Shown here piece by piece: positions 8,599 to 19,095 of a stretch of DNA of 64,000 nt. The translations under genes and the position numbers were made by a program. The notes beneath the pieces were generated by a model. It was not told the DNA's origin. It saw nothing but the letters and a program-made list of their open reading frames with translations, and did not search any database. Every line of letters begins with the position of its first letter. Position 1 is the first letter of the stretch. The stretch comes from Candidatus Neptunichlamydia sp. (GTDB taxonomy: Bacteria > Chlamydiota > Chlamydiia > Chlamydiales > Simkaniaceae): NCBI GenBank assembly GCA_965233865.1, contig OZ247587.1, forward strand, positions 832,001 through 896,000, in the 5' to 3' direction.

Positions 8599-9510
8599 AT
8601 GATGGCCGGAGCGCATACAAGTCACAAGTCTAAGACACAGTACATCACCTCATATTTCTGGACGGCAGTAGGAGCTTTTTTGGCTGCTCTCTCGATTAAG
8701 ATATTCTTATTTCCCAACGAATTAATCGACGGGGGAATTATCGGTATTTCGATGATTTTGACCCGACTTTCTACAAAAGTCCTCTTCCCCATATATTTTA
8801 TCGTCCTGACCCTTCCTTTTATCTACCTGTCATATAAGTTTATTAGACGGACTTTTTTCATACAAATGATCATTGCGGTGATTCTTTTTTCGATCTTTCT
8901 TGGCCTCTTAAACCATGTGGAACCTTTTGAATCGGATCCATTAGAAGTTATCGTTATTGGTGGTGCTATTCTGGGTATTGGTGCAGGATTAATTATCCGA
9001 AATGGAGGATGCCTTGATGGGACAGAGATCCTGGCCATCATCATCAATCGTAAAAAAGGGTTTACTGTTGGGCAGGTCGTCCTCTTTATCAACATTTTTA
9101 TCTTTGCGGCTTATGGAGCAATTTTTCGTGATTGGCACATTGCTTTCCGCTCGCTTCTTACCTACGTAGTGGCCTTCAAAATGATGGATATCGTTATTGT
9201 GGGCCTTGATGAACTCAAGTCAGTAATCATTATCTCGAATAAACCAAAAGAACTCACTCAGCTTGTCATGCACGAAATGGGACTCGGTCTCACCATTATG
9301 TATGGTCGTGGCGGTTACTCAGGAGATGCTCGGGAGATTCTCTTTGTTATCGTTGAACGCCTTGACTTAGCTGATCTTAAAGACCTTATCCTCCGTGAGG
9401 ATCCCTCGGCATTCATGGCGGTTGAAAACCTTCATGAAGTGGTCTATGGGAGACAAGCAAAACTCCCCAATAAAAAAAAGGGCCGGAAGCGGTCCATCCC
9501 CGCTAAATAA
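8599..9510 (+). CDS. YitT family membrane protein
   Basis: LIDGGIIGISM, GGCLDGTEILAII, C-terminal GRGGYSG...DPSAF (DUF2179-like). Confidence 0.9.
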   Translation: MMAGAHTSHKSKTQYITSYFWTAVGAFLAALSIKIFLFPNELIDGGIIGISMILTRLSTKVLFPIYFIVLTLPFIYLSYKFIRRTFFIQMIIAVILFSIFLGLLNHVEPFESDPLEVIVIGGAILGIGAGLIIRNGGCLDGTEILAIIINRKKGFTVGQVVLFINIFIFAAYGAIFRDWHIAFRSLLTYVVAFKMMDIVIVGLDELKSVIIISNKPKELTQLVMHEMGLGLTIMYGRGGYSGDAREILFVIVERLDLADLKDLILREDPSAFMAVENLHEVVYGRQAKLPNKKKGRKRSIPAK

Positions 9511-9704
9511 TACCAATTTCAAGGAATAAAGGGTTGTCTTGAAAATTTTTGCGAAGAACTGTTTTTGGAGATCGTAATTAACTACTATAGTAAGATCGAA
9601 AAGAATTTTCTCCGGAAAAATATCAAGAAGAATTTGATGCTTTATTTCCTGAAATTGGTATAAGTTATTGTAAAGAAGATTTGTTTTCTCTATGGTAGTG
9701 CGAT

Positions 9705-10535
9705 ATGGATATCCGCCTACTAAATGAAATCACGCGCAGTATTGAGATTGCCTTGAAGGAAGATGAAGTCTTTCGAGATCGAACGAGCGAGGCTTGCATT
9801 GACAAGGGTTTTGGATTAGGAACTCTTCTATTAAAAGAAGAGGGGGTCATTGCAGGGTTACCTTTTCTAGAGCTGATTGCTTATGGAGTCGACCCTCTCA
9901 TTACTGTAAGGCTACTTGTCGATGAAGGAATGCAGATATTATCGGGTTCTATTGCAGAAGTAGAAGGGCCGATTCGCAGCTTGCTGGCAATGGAGCGAAC
10001 AGCAATCAACTTTATCCAGCATGCAACAAGCATCGCAAGTAAAACTGCGCTCTATGTTGAGGCTGCACATGGGTTATGCGACATTTTAGATACACGAAAA
10101 ACCCTTCCGGGCCTCAGATATTTACAAAAATATGCGGTCAAGATGGGTGGAGGGAAAAATCACCGCTTCCACTTAGCCGATCAAATTCTGATTAAGGACA
10201 ATCATTTGATGCACCTTGAATTAAAAGAAGCGGTTAGGCGGGCCCGGGATGCTTTTCCGGACAAGAGGCTTCAAGTTGAGGTAGAAAATGAAAAAATGTT
10301 TGACGAGGCGGTAATTGCTTGCCCAGATGCTATCCTTCTTGATAATATGAGCCCCAGCATGATCCGCAGTTTTGTTTCGCGGAATAAGAAGAAGATCTAT
10401 TTAGAAGCTTCTGGGGGAATTGAGTTAAATAACATTCGCTCGTATGCAGAAACTGGTGTCGATGGGATTTCCGTTGGAAGGCTCACTCATTCGGTCCATG
10501 CTATTGATATGAGCTTAAAAATCAGGAGAAAATAA
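9705..10535 (+). CDS. nadC: Nicotinate-nucleotide diphosphorylase (quinolinate phosphoribosyltransferase)
   Basis: DTRKTLPGLR, NHRFHL, IKDNH, LLDNM, EASGGI, GVDGISVG. Confidence 0.95.
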   Translation: MDIRLLNEITRSIEIALKEDEVFRDRTSEACIDKGFGLGTLLLKEEGVIAGLPFLELIAYGVDPLITVRLLVDEGMQILSGSIAEVEGPIRSLLAMERTAINFIQHATSIASKTALYVEAAHGLCDILDTRKTLPGLRYLQKYAVKMGGGKNHRFHLADQILIKDNHLMHLELKEAVRRARDAFPDKRLQVEVENEKMFDEAVIACPDAILLDNMSPSMIRSFVSRNKKKIYLEASGGIELNNIRSYAETGVDGISVGRLTHSVHAIDMSLKIRRK

Positions 10536-10537
10536 CT

Positions 10538-12136
10538 ATGTCAACACCTAAGAAATTGATTTTTGAAGAGGAAGCAAGAGAAAAACTTAAAGAAGGAATT
10601 GACAAGCTTGCAGATACCGTTGGTGTAACCCTCGGCCCTAAAGGGAAAAACATTGGAATCGAATCGAGCTGGGGCGCTCCAAAAATCACTAACGATGGGA
10701 ATAGTATCGTCAAGGATATTGAGCTAAAGGACCCTTACGCAAATATGGGTGTTTCGATGGGAAAAGAAGTCGCAAGCAAGATCAAAGAAAAATCGGGTGA
10801 CGGTACCACAACAGGAATTATCCTCCTTCGCGCTCTTGTAAAGCAAGGAATCAAAAATATTGCAAGTGGCGTCAGCCCGATCAACTTAAAGCGCGGAATC
10901 GACAAAGGTGTTGAAGTCGTAATGCAAGAACTTGATGCCTTAGCGACTCCCGTAGAAAAAGCCGATGCAATCCGAAATATTGCAACGGTCTCTGCTTCTG
11001 GAAACCAAGAAATCGGCCAGACAATTTTTGATGCCATCGATAAAGTCGGTAGCTCAGGCGTCATCACAATTGAAGAAGGAAAAGGAACTTCCACCACAAT
11101 TGAAATGGTTGAAGGAATGCAATTTGACCGTGGATATACAAGTCCCTATTTCTGCACAAATGCTGAAGCGATGATGATCGAAATGACAAATACAGGGGTT
11201 TTAATTACCGACAAGAAAATTTCCTCGGTTCAAGAAATTCTTCCTTTGCTGCAGTCAATTGCTGCCTCAGGAAAGGGTCTACTTATTATTGCAGAAGACA
11301 TTGAAGGAGATGCCCTCTCAACACTCGTTATGAATAAACTGCGCGGCTCACTTAAGATTGCTGCAGTCAAAGCACCAGGGTTTGGGGATCGACGCAAAGC
11401 AGTGCTTGAAGATATCGCAGTACTTACTGGAGCCACCGTTGTCTCTGAAGAGAAAGGAATGCAGCTCATGGAAGCAACTGAAGAAGTCCTCGGGCAAGCA
11501 GAACGGATCGAGATCGACAAAGAAAATACTACAATTGTTGGGGGTATGGGTCGAAAAGAAGAAATTAGTGCGCGTATTAAGCAAATTAATGTCGAACATG
11601 ATAACGCCTCAAGTGATTACGATAAGGAAAAGATTGAAGAGCGCCGTGCGAAATTGCAAGGCGGAGTAGCAGTTATTCGTGTGGGTGCTCCAACTGAACC
11701 CGAGATGAAGCAAAAGAAACAAGATTTTGAAGATAGCTTGAATGCAACACGCGCTGCCCAAGAGAGTGGTTTTGTTCCTGGTGGGGGCGTTGCCCTCCTC
11801 CGAGCAAGCCAAAAACTCAAGGAACTAAACCTTGATCAAGAGGAACAACTAGGAGTAAAAATTGTCTTGAGTGCTTGTGCTGCTCCTTTTAAGCAAATCG
11901 TAGACAATTGTGGAAAGGATAGCTCTATTTACTTAGAAGAAGTTCTGAGTAAAGCATCTTCTTTTGGGTTCAACGCTTCCAGCGAAACAGTTGAAAACCT
12001 AGTTACAGGCGAGGTGATTGATCCGACCAAGGTTGTGAAAAATTCTCTTAAGTATGCTGCTTCGGTTGCTGGAATCGTATTGATTTCCGAAGTACTGATT
12101 GCAGATGCACCTGAGGACGAGGAAGAGTCGGCATGA
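10538..12136 (+). CDS. groEL: Chaperonin GroEL paralog (no adjacent groES, acidic tail)
   Basis: TLGPKGKN, GDGTTT, EGMQFDRGY, KAPGFGDRRK, VPGGG; ends EDEEESA instead of GGM repeats. Confidence 0.95.
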   Translation: MSTPKKLIFEEEAREKLKEGIDKLADTVGVTLGPKGKNIGIESSWGAPKITNDGNSIVKDIELKDPYANMGVSMGKEVASKIKEKSGDGTTTGIILLRALVKQGIKNIASGVSPINLKRGIDKGVEVVMQELDALATPVEKADAIRNIATVSASGNQEIGQTIFDAIDKVGSSGVITIEEGKGTSTTIEMVEGMQFDRGYTSPYFCTNAEAMMIEMTNTGVLITDKKISSVQEILPLLQSIAASGKGLLIIAEDIEGDALSTLVMNKLRGSLKIAAVKAPGFGDRRKAVLEDIAVLTGATVVSEEKGMQLMEATEEVLGQAERIEIDKENTTIVGGMGRKEEISARIKQINVEHDNASSDYDKEKIEERRAKLQGGVAVIRVGAPTEPEMKQKKQDFEDSLNATRAAQESGFVPGGGVALLRASQKLKELNLDQEEQLGVKIVLSACAAPFKQIVDNCGKDSSIYLEEVLSKASSFGFNASSETVENLVTGEVIDPTKVVKNSLKYAASVAGIVLISEVLIADAPEDEEESA

Positions 12137-13059
12137 TCCGCTCCGCCCTCCTATGCGCATCGGGAATCGGTGATGGGCTTCTTATGATGATCGTGGCCCA
12201 TCACCTCAAAAAATGTAGGCTAAACCCTACGGTTTTTCATGAAGGAGCAGAGGATCTGGCCCTTCTTTTTGAAGATCATACTTTTAAAAAACATGTTCCT
12301 TTAGAGGAACTCGAAAGCTATGATACCGTCATTGTAGAAAATGATAATTCAAAACGCGCATGGGATCTGTTTCGACTCCGCAACCAAGGAAAGATGAGAC
12401 ATGTACGATTTATTTTTCCTACCCCAAGCAAAAACTTCAAAAAGGGCGATTTCCTCTTTGATTCTACTCTCCCTGTTGCAACGAATTTAGCTAATGCTTG
12501 CGCTGAGCTCCTTGGGAGTCCCCACAGCAAAGAAAATGACCTAACCCTCCCCAATGGGGAACATCAAAGACATTCCGAGAGAGTGGTGATCCATCCGACG
12601 AGCAATGATCCTAAGCGAAACTGGGGAAAAAACCAATTTCTAGAACTTGCTAACCTGCTTGAAATGAAAGGATACTCTCCTGTTTTTTGTGTTAGCCCCA
12701 GTGAGCGGATGGAATGGGAAGGGCTTGGGATAAAGCTCCCTCTATTTGCAAATTTGAAAGAATTAGCCTCCTATATTTATGAATCAGGATTTCTAATTGG
12801 GAATGATTCAGGGCTTGGGCATTTAGCTTCAAACTTAGGGGTTGAAACCTTAACCATTTCAGGAAACCCAAAAAGGGTCCGCCTGTGGCGTCCCGATTGG
12901 TCGCTTGGAAAGGTTGTGACGATTCCCTTTCCTCTTCCCAACTTTAAAGGAATCAACTTCCTGATACGAGAAAACTACTGGCAAAAATTTATTCCCGTTA
13001 AGAGGATCTTTAAGGCCTTTATGGAGCTAACACATGAAAGCCGCAGTCATTTGCTCTAA
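12133..13059 (+). CDS. Glycosyltransferase family 9 (heptosyltransferase-like)
   Basis: GIGDGLL, VVIHPTS...KRNW, LIGNDSGLGHLASNLG. Confidence 0.85.
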   Translation: MIRSALLCASGIGDGLLMMIVAHHLKKCRLNPTVFHEGAEDLALLFEDHTFKKHVPLEELESYDTVIVENDNSKRAWDLFRLRNQGKMRHVRFIFPTPSKNFKKGDFLFDSTLPVATNLANACAELLGSPHSKENDLTLPNGEHQRHSERVVIHPTSNDPKRNWGKNQFLELANLLEMKGYSPVFCVSPSERMEWEGLGIKLPLFANLKELASYIYESGFLIGNDSGLGHLASNLGVETLTISGNPKRVRLWRPDWSLGKVVTIPFPLPNFKGINFLIRENYWQKFIPVKRIFKAFMELTHESRSHLL

Positions 13060-13936
13060 AGGGATGGGTGACGGCCTCATGATGATGGTCGCTTCCCACC
13101 GCCTCAAACTTGAGGGATACGATGTCACAACCTTTCAAGATTCTCTAGAGGAGTTGGAAAGATGGTTTCCTGGTCATCACTTTGCTAAACGCTCGACAAT
13201 TGACTCCCTTGAAGCTTTTGATCTAATTATCCTGCAAAATGATAACACTCCCTTTTCTCTTAATCTCATTGAGAAATATCGCGGTAAGATCTCTATCTTT
13301 TATGCTAGCTATGAAGAAGGGAAGCACTATGCTCTTAATCCTCAAGACCGCATTTTTGATCGGGCCCTCCCCCTTGTAACAAACATTGCGCAGAGCATTG
13401 CCTCAATTCTTGGGAAAATGGATCCCATTTTCGAAAATGGAATCGCAGTTTCCGAAGAGCTCTCCTATCGGAAGCACCAAAAACGAGTGGTGATTCATCC
13501 AACGAGCACAACTCCCAAGCGAACCTGGAGCAGAGAAAAATTTTTGTGCGTAGCAGAGAAACTCAAAAAAGAGGGGTTTGAAATTGTTTTTTCACTTAAC
13601 CCTGATGAGAAAGAAAAGTGGAGGGGAATCCCCTTTGCTATTCCGAAGTTTCCCAATCTGAGCACCCTCGCTTCTTATCTCTATGAGTCCTACTTTTTAA
13701 TCGGAAATGAATCAGGAACAGGACACCTGGCTTCAAACTTAGGAATTCCCACCCTCATCGTTGCAAGCTGCCCAAAGCAAATGGCACTGTGGCGTCCTGG
13801 ATTTCTTCTTGGAAAAGTGCTTACCCCCTCTCCCTATATTCCCAATACAAAACTCCTTAGGCTCCGAAAAAATAGGTGGCAAGCCTTTATCTCTCCCCGT
13901 CGGGTAGTCAAAACCTTTCATGAGGTCGTCCAATGA
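13034..13936 (+). CDS. Glycosyltransferase family 9, tandem paralog
   Basis: GMGDGLM, VVIHPTS...KRTW, LIGNESGTGHLASNLG. Confidence 0.85.
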   Translation: MKAAVICSKGMGDGLMMMVASHRLKLEGYDVTTFQDSLEELERWFPGHHFAKRSTIDSLEAFDLIILQNDNTPFSLNLIEKYRGKISIFYASYEEGKHYALNPQDRIFDRALPLVTNIAQSIASILGKMDPIFENGIAVSEELSYRKHQKRVVIHPTSTTPKRTWSREKFLCVAEKLKKEGFEIVFSLNPDEKEKWRGIPFAIPKFPNLSTLASYLYESYFLIGNESGTGHLASNLGIPTLIVASCPKQMALWRPGFLLGKVLTPSPYIPNTKLLRLRKNRWQAFISPRRVVKTFHEVVQ

Positions 13937-14586
13937 AATGGATTCCTCTCTTGATGTTTCCTCTGGCACTGTTTGGCGGGCTCAATGAAAATGGCGACTT
14001 CCAAGCTTGGAACACAGACACCATCAACCTCCAGATGGGGAAAAAAATCTTTTTGAAGGGAGAAACCGAGTTTCGGTATGGGCAAGATGGTAGCAAGCTC
14101 TACTATAAACATTACCAAGGTGGGATCGTTTTTATCCGCTCTTCCCACACAGTAATTGAAACCTCTTACCGCCATATCTTTCTTCGAGTAGATCATCATT
14201 GGCGCAAAATTTATAGTCCATTCTTAGATCTCATCTTCCAAGCACAATCAAGGCGCGGTTGGTGCATTGGAAACCGTAATCGTATCCAATATCTTATTCA
14301 CGATAAACATTTAGGCAGCAAACGGCGTTGGCTCTACCGCAACAGATTTGAGATCATTCTCCCTCACCGAGTAACCCGAAGAAAAATCGCTCCTTACATC
14401 GCTAATGAAGTTTTTTGGCATGAATCTAGGGGGATTTCTGAAAACCTCCTAGAGGCCGGTCTTAAGATTCCCTATCACCAAAGGACTCAACTCAATCTTG
14501 CTTACATATCCCGAAACCTCAAAGACCATAAAAAGAAGTGGATCCACCAAAATGTAACATGGGTCCATTTTTCTCTTCACTTCTAA
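13933..14586 (+). CDS. Probable outer-membrane beta-barrel protein (DUF2490-like)
   Basis: Signal peptide, DFQAW, YRNRF, PYIANEVF, alternating beta pattern, terminal Phe. Confidence 0.7.
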   Translation: MKWIPLLMFPLALFGGLNENGDFQAWNTDTINLQMGKKIFLKGETEFRYGQDGSKLYYKHYQGGIVFIRSSHTVIETSYRHIFLRVDHHWRKIYSPFLDLIFQAQSRRGWCIGNRNRIQYLIHDKHLGSKRRWLYRNRFEIILPHRVTRRKIAPYIANEVFWHESRGISENLLEAGLKIPYHQRTQLNLAYISRNLKDHKKKWIHQNVTWVHFSLHF

Positions 14587-14610
14587 CATCACATCGGTAT
14601 ATTAGGGACT

Positions 14611-15231
14611 ATGCTAGAACAGGACCTACTTCTTCTTTTTAAGGGGATATGTACAGGGGTTTTTTATACCTTTATCTCGATTTCGGGGATGATTCTTGTT
14701 GCCCATTACATTATAGGTAAGAATTTCAGGCTTGGACTCACCGCAACCCTTGGCATCGTTGCAGTGCAGGTATTTTGGTCTGCAGTCGCTCTTTTAATTA
14801 TGATGGGGCTGGTTAAAAGTGCTAATATCAACTATCCTAGTTTTTCCCTGATTGGTTCGACGATCCTCTTCATTATGGCGATCAAAATCTATCGAGGAAG
14901 GGAAAAATTCGACCAACACGATGCCCTTTCTGGACGACCACTAAAAGCCTTTGCGGCAGGAGCTTTGATCTCTCTTGTGATTCCCATTCGAGTTCTAGGA
15001 TTCGCTGCAATCTTTGCTGCAATTCGAGTTCATACCACCAAAATTAATGAAGGTATTTTTCCAGTGATTGGGGTGGCCATTGGCTCTTTTTTATTTTGGC
15101 TGATCTTTTCCCTATCCATCTACCACTCAAAAAAGATGATTTCTCCAAAAACTCTCCAAAAATTTCATCGCTACGCCGCCCTCGTCCTAATCATCTTTTC
15201 TTTGATTGGATTGTTGCAACAATATTTTTAA
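14611..15231 (+). CDS. LysE/RhtB-family translocator
   Basis: 206 aa, about 6 TMs, GLTATLGI...FWS and GSFLFW patterns. Confidence 0.7.
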   Translation: MLEQDLLLLFKGICTGVFYTFISISGMILVAHYIIGKNFRLGLTATLGIVAVQVFWSAVALLIMMGLVKSANINYPSFSLIGSTILFIMAIKIYRGREKFDQHDALSGRPLKAFAAGALISLVIPIRVLGFAAIFAAIRVHTTKINEGIFPVIGVAIGSFLFWLIFSLSIYHSKKMISPKTLQKFHRYAALVLIIFSLIGLLQQYF

Positions 15232-15461
15232 GAAAAAATGATAGATTTTTTAATCAAAAGCAGAAATATGAGACGGAAGAGAAGAAAATGAGCGAAGAGG
15301 GAAAAAGAAACATTTGATTTCTTCTAAAACAAATTTTAGATACTGCCAGGCGACTCCAAAAAAAGCTGCAAAAATTCCTCAAAAAGAAAAGGTAATAGGC
15401 CGGGAAAAGAAAAATTCAAGCGAGCTTGCATCGGTTGCGCTCACGGGCTATACTAGTGGGC

Positions 15462-16721
15462 ATGATTCGGATTGCCCATATCTCAGATTTGCATTTTTCA
15501 AAGTTTTCTTTGAGTCCTGCTCAGTTTTTTTCTAAGCAGTGGCTGGGAAACCTGAACCTCCTGTTTAACCGCTCCAAGCAGTACCTCAATGAGCGCCCTT
15601 TTTCCCTTGTCTCTGAATTCAAAGAAAAGGGAATTACTCATGTCATCATTTCCGGTGATTTAACCACCACTTCAAGTCACCAGGAATACAAAATGGCAAA
15701 ACATTTTGTAGAAGATTTAGAGAAAGAAGGAATGAAAGTATTTGTCATTCCCGGAAACCATGACCATTATACGAAAAAATCCGATCGAACCAAACGCTTT
15801 TATCTTACCTTCCCCTCCTCTAAGAGTAGCAAATTTTCATTAAGTCAACATGGAGTGTGCTCTATAGCACTTGTTCCGGGGTGGCATCTCGTTTTAATGG
15901 ATACAGCACTCGCAACCTCACTTGTTTCATCAAACGGTTATTTTTCTCCAGTTCTTGAAGAGAATTTCAAAAAACTCATCGAAAAGATCTCCCCTGACGA
16001 AAACATTCTTCTAGTGAACCACTTTCCATTCTTCGACCATGACACACCTCGTCGTCGCCTTATTCGGGGAAGTCAACTCCTTCAGCTCATTGAAAGCTGC
16101 CCTCATATTCAGATGTATCTCCACGGCCATACCCATCGACACACGATTGCTGACTTGCGCCCCAATAAGCTCCCCCTTGTTCTTAATAGCGGAAGCACTG
16201 GCCACCGAAATGGATCGTGGAACCAAATGGATTTAGAAGGAAATGCTCTAAAACTCACAGTGAATCGCTGGAAAGATGGCTGGAAGGAAACAGATGTGCA
16301 GACCTTCTTATTTGAATCGAAACCCTGGTATCACAAGGGACTCCGCTTTAAATGCACAGGATGTGGGAAGTGTTGTACGGGATCAGGTTTTGTCTGGCTC
16401 GAAAAAGACGATGTTAAGAGTGCTGCAAAACACTTAGCGCTTACAGAGGATGAGTTTTACAAAAAGTATACCCGACAGCTCGGATTTGACGTCTCCCTTA
16501 TTGAAAATCCTGTCACAGCAGACTGCGTTTTTCTCGAGGATAAAAAGTTCTGCAAAATCTATGAATCCCGCCCGCAGCAGTGCCGCACCTTCCCCTGGTG
16601 GAAAGGAAACCTAGAGAATCCCCAGGCTTGGAAAGATACAAAAGCGCGATGCGAAGGGATAGATCACAAAGAGGCCCCTCTTATCTCTCTGCCAGATATT
16701 GAAAAACACCTAGAAGATTGA
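15462..16721 (+). CDS. Metallophosphoesterase fused to a YkgJ-family cysteine-cluster domain
   Basis: HISDLHF, SGDLT, PGNHD, HGHTH, then WY..GLRFKCTGCGKCC...CVFL...CKIYESRPQQCRTFPWW...CEG. Confidence 0.85.
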   Translation: MIRIAHISDLHFSKFSLSPAQFFSKQWLGNLNLLFNRSKQYLNERPFSLVSEFKEKGITHVIISGDLTTTSSHQEYKMAKHFVEDLEKEGMKVFVIPGNHDHYTKKSDRTKRFYLTFPSSKSSKFSLSQHGVCSIALVPGWHLVLMDTALATSLVSSNGYFSPVLEENFKKLIEKISPDENILLVNHFPFFDHDTPRRRLIRGSQLLQLIESCPHIQMYLHGHTHRHTIADLRPNKLPLVLNSGSTGHRNGSWNQMDLEGNALKLTVNRWKDGWKETDVQTFLFESKPWYHKGLRFKCTGCGKCCTGSGFVWLEKDDVKSAAKHLALTEDEFYKKYTRQLGFDVSLIENPVTADCVFLEDKKFCKIYESRPQQCRTFPWWKGNLENPQAWKDTKARCEGIDHKEAPLISLPDIEKHLED

Positions 16722-16730
16722 GGAGTTTCA

Positions 16731-17810
16731 ATGAGGATTGGAAAACTACTGATTCGCCTAATTATCGTCTCCCTTTGGGTTGCCCTGTTTTTTGCACTCG
16801 TAGCAATTCCTCATTTCATCCGCCCCTTTAAAGAAAGTACACCTGTTCTCAATATTTTTAGCTGGCCTGAGATATTAAGCCTCGAGACGATCTCAAAGTT
16901 CGAGGAAGAGTCAGGGATCAAAGTTAAGCGTCACTATTATACGAGTAATGAGGAGCTTCTAGTCAAACTTAAAGCAACCAAAGGGAAAGGATATGATTTG
17001 GTTATTCCCTCTGACTACATGGTGAAAAAGCTCATTGAGGAAGAGCTCTTGCAATCTATTAATTCAAAAGAATTAAACTTCTTAGCACATTTAAATCCCC
17101 GCCTAATACATCAATCTTTTGACCCGGAAAACACCTACTCTATTCCCTATATCTGGGAAGTAATCGGTTTTGGAATCAACACTGAGCAATATAGCGACCT
17201 ACCCTTTATTCCTACTTGGAAGGAGCTCTATCATCCTACAAATCCCAACACAAAAATCTCAATGATCAACGACCCTATTGAAGCCATTGATTGCACGGCT
17301 CGCCACCTCTTTGGAGATGATGTGGAGATGGGTCCCAAAAAAATCGCTCAAATCCATGCGACCTTAAGGGAACAGAAAAAATTAGTCGAAGCCTATGCCG
17401 GAGTCCGAGGAGACTACCTTCTGATTACAAAAAACTGCTCAATCGCTGTAATCCCCACTTCCTACGTTTTTCGCGCTGCAAAAAACTACAAGCACATCGA
17501 TTTTATAATCCCCGAAAAATACACTTTTCTAACTATTGAAAACTGTTGCATTCCAAAAAACTCTGAGAATAGCGAGTTTGTCTATGCTTTTCTCAACTAT
17601 CTATACCAACCAGAAGTTTTTGCTGGTGAAGCAAATTCGTATCACAACTTCCCTGCCACAACAGATGTTAGTCCCTACATAAAAGGCCTCCCGGTTTATC
17701 TGAAAACCTTAGAAACCTTAGAAAACTACGATGGAGACTTCTACTATACAAGAGACCTCCTTTCAGAGACCGAGTCCCGCACTCTTTGGATCAAACTCAA
17801 AACCGATTGA
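16731..17810 (+). CDS. potD: Spermidine/putrescine ABC transporter substrate-binding protein
   Basis: LNIFSW, FEEESGIKV, SNEELLVKL, YDLVIPSDY, DPENTYSIPY.W. Confidence 0.8.
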   Translation: MRIGKLLIRLIIVSLWVALFFALVAIPHFIRPFKESTPVLNIFSWPEILSLETISKFEEESGIKVKRHYYTSNEELLVKLKATKGKGYDLVIPSDYMVKKLIEEELLQSINSKELNFLAHLNPRLIHQSFDPENTYSIPYIWEVIGFGINTEQYSDLPFIPTWKELYHPTNPNTKISMINDPIEAIDCTARHLFGDDVEMGPKKIAQIHATLREQKKLVEAYAGVRGDYLLITKNCSIAVIPTSYVFRAAKNYKHIDFIIPEKYTFLTIENCCIPKNSENSEFVYAFLNYLYQPEVFAGEANSYHNFPATTDVSPYIKGLPVYLKTLETLENYDGDFYYTRDLLSETESRTLWIKLKTD

Positions 17811-17865
17811 CCGATACATTTTTTGTCAATTTTGCTACAGTCAAATTTAAAACCTGAGCCAGAGT

Positions 17866-19092
17866 TGATCTTCCCCCGAAAAATAGGACAGTTATGATAC
17901 AGACTTCTCGAACTTAAAGAGGAGTAAAAGTAAATGAAAAAATTCAATGATGAATTTAAAGGGAATGCGGTCAAGTTAGTGAGAGAAGAGGGGCTGAAGA
18001 TAGAAGAGGTAGCAAGTGATCTGGGTATAGGTGTTTCTACGCTAAAAGTATGGCTCAGTAAGCATGACCATGGTCGATTGATTAAGACTGAAAAGCAGGC
18101 AAGGGAAGAAGAAGAGGTTAAGCGACTGAAAAAAGAAAATAGGATCTTAAAGCAGGAAAGAGAAATCTTAAAAAAGGCCATGGACATTCTCTCCTCGATG
18201 TCAAAAGCAAATACAGAGCTATGAAGAAATTGAGAAAGGAATTTCCCATAGAGAAAATGTTGCAAGTCTTTGGAGTGACAAGAAGCGGGTACTACCGCTT
18301 CGTGTCATCTCCAAAAGGGAAAAGAGTTCAAGAAGAAGAGAAGCTTACCGAGGAAGTAGAACAGATTTTTTATGAGCACAAAAAACGATATGGAAGCCCA
18401 AGAATTTTTATGGAACTGAAGGAAAAAGGGGTGCACTGTAGTGAAAAGAGAGTTGCTAACATTATGAAGAAGAACAATTTAGTTGCAAAACAAAGAAAGA
18501 AAAGGAAAGAAGTTAGTAGTAAAAGAGAAGAAGTCGAACTTGCTTAACCAGAATGTTACGGCAGAGAAAAAGAATGCTAAATGGGTCAGCGATATTACCT
18601 ATATAAGGACAGGCAAAGGGTGGGCATATTTATGTACAGTCATGGATCTTTACTCTAGGAAAATCGTTGGACATTCCATCAAAAATCATATGAGAAAAGA
18701 ATTGGTCATACAAGCTTTAGAGCAGGCAGTCTCAGGAAGAAGAGCTGTAGAAGGGATAATATTTCATAGCGATCAAGGATCACAATACGGCTCTGAAGCA
18801 ATAGATAAAAGTCTAAAGAAAAACAACATGATTAGAAGCATGAGTGGAAAAGGAAGTTGCTATGACAATGCCCCAATGGAAAGTTTTTTCAATTCTCTTA
18901 AGAGAGAATGCGTAGGAGCTGAAGTCTTTAAAGATGCAGAAGCTGCTGAAAAGGAAATATTTAATTATATAGAATACTACTATAACAATAAGAGAAGGCA
19001 TTCAACATTGGGATATTTGAGCCCGGTGAAATTTGAAGAAAAACATGAGAATAGTCTATGTTAAAAGTATCTACAGAAACGGGGGAAGATCA
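17866..19092 (+). mobile_element. IS3-family insertion sequence, copy 1 (1227 bp)
   Basis: Ends TGATCTTCCCCCG...CGGGGGAAGATCA. orfA 17934-18224. orfB is in two frames, 18221-18547 and 18483-19064 (WVSDITY, HSDQGSQY, DNAPMESFF). Confidence 0.95.
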
Positions 19093-19095
19093 TCT

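Noticed and set aside
19033..19095. N-terminal extension of pgm in the ORF track
   Set aside because: Lies inside the IS3 right end; the conserved-looking protein starts at ATG 19096.
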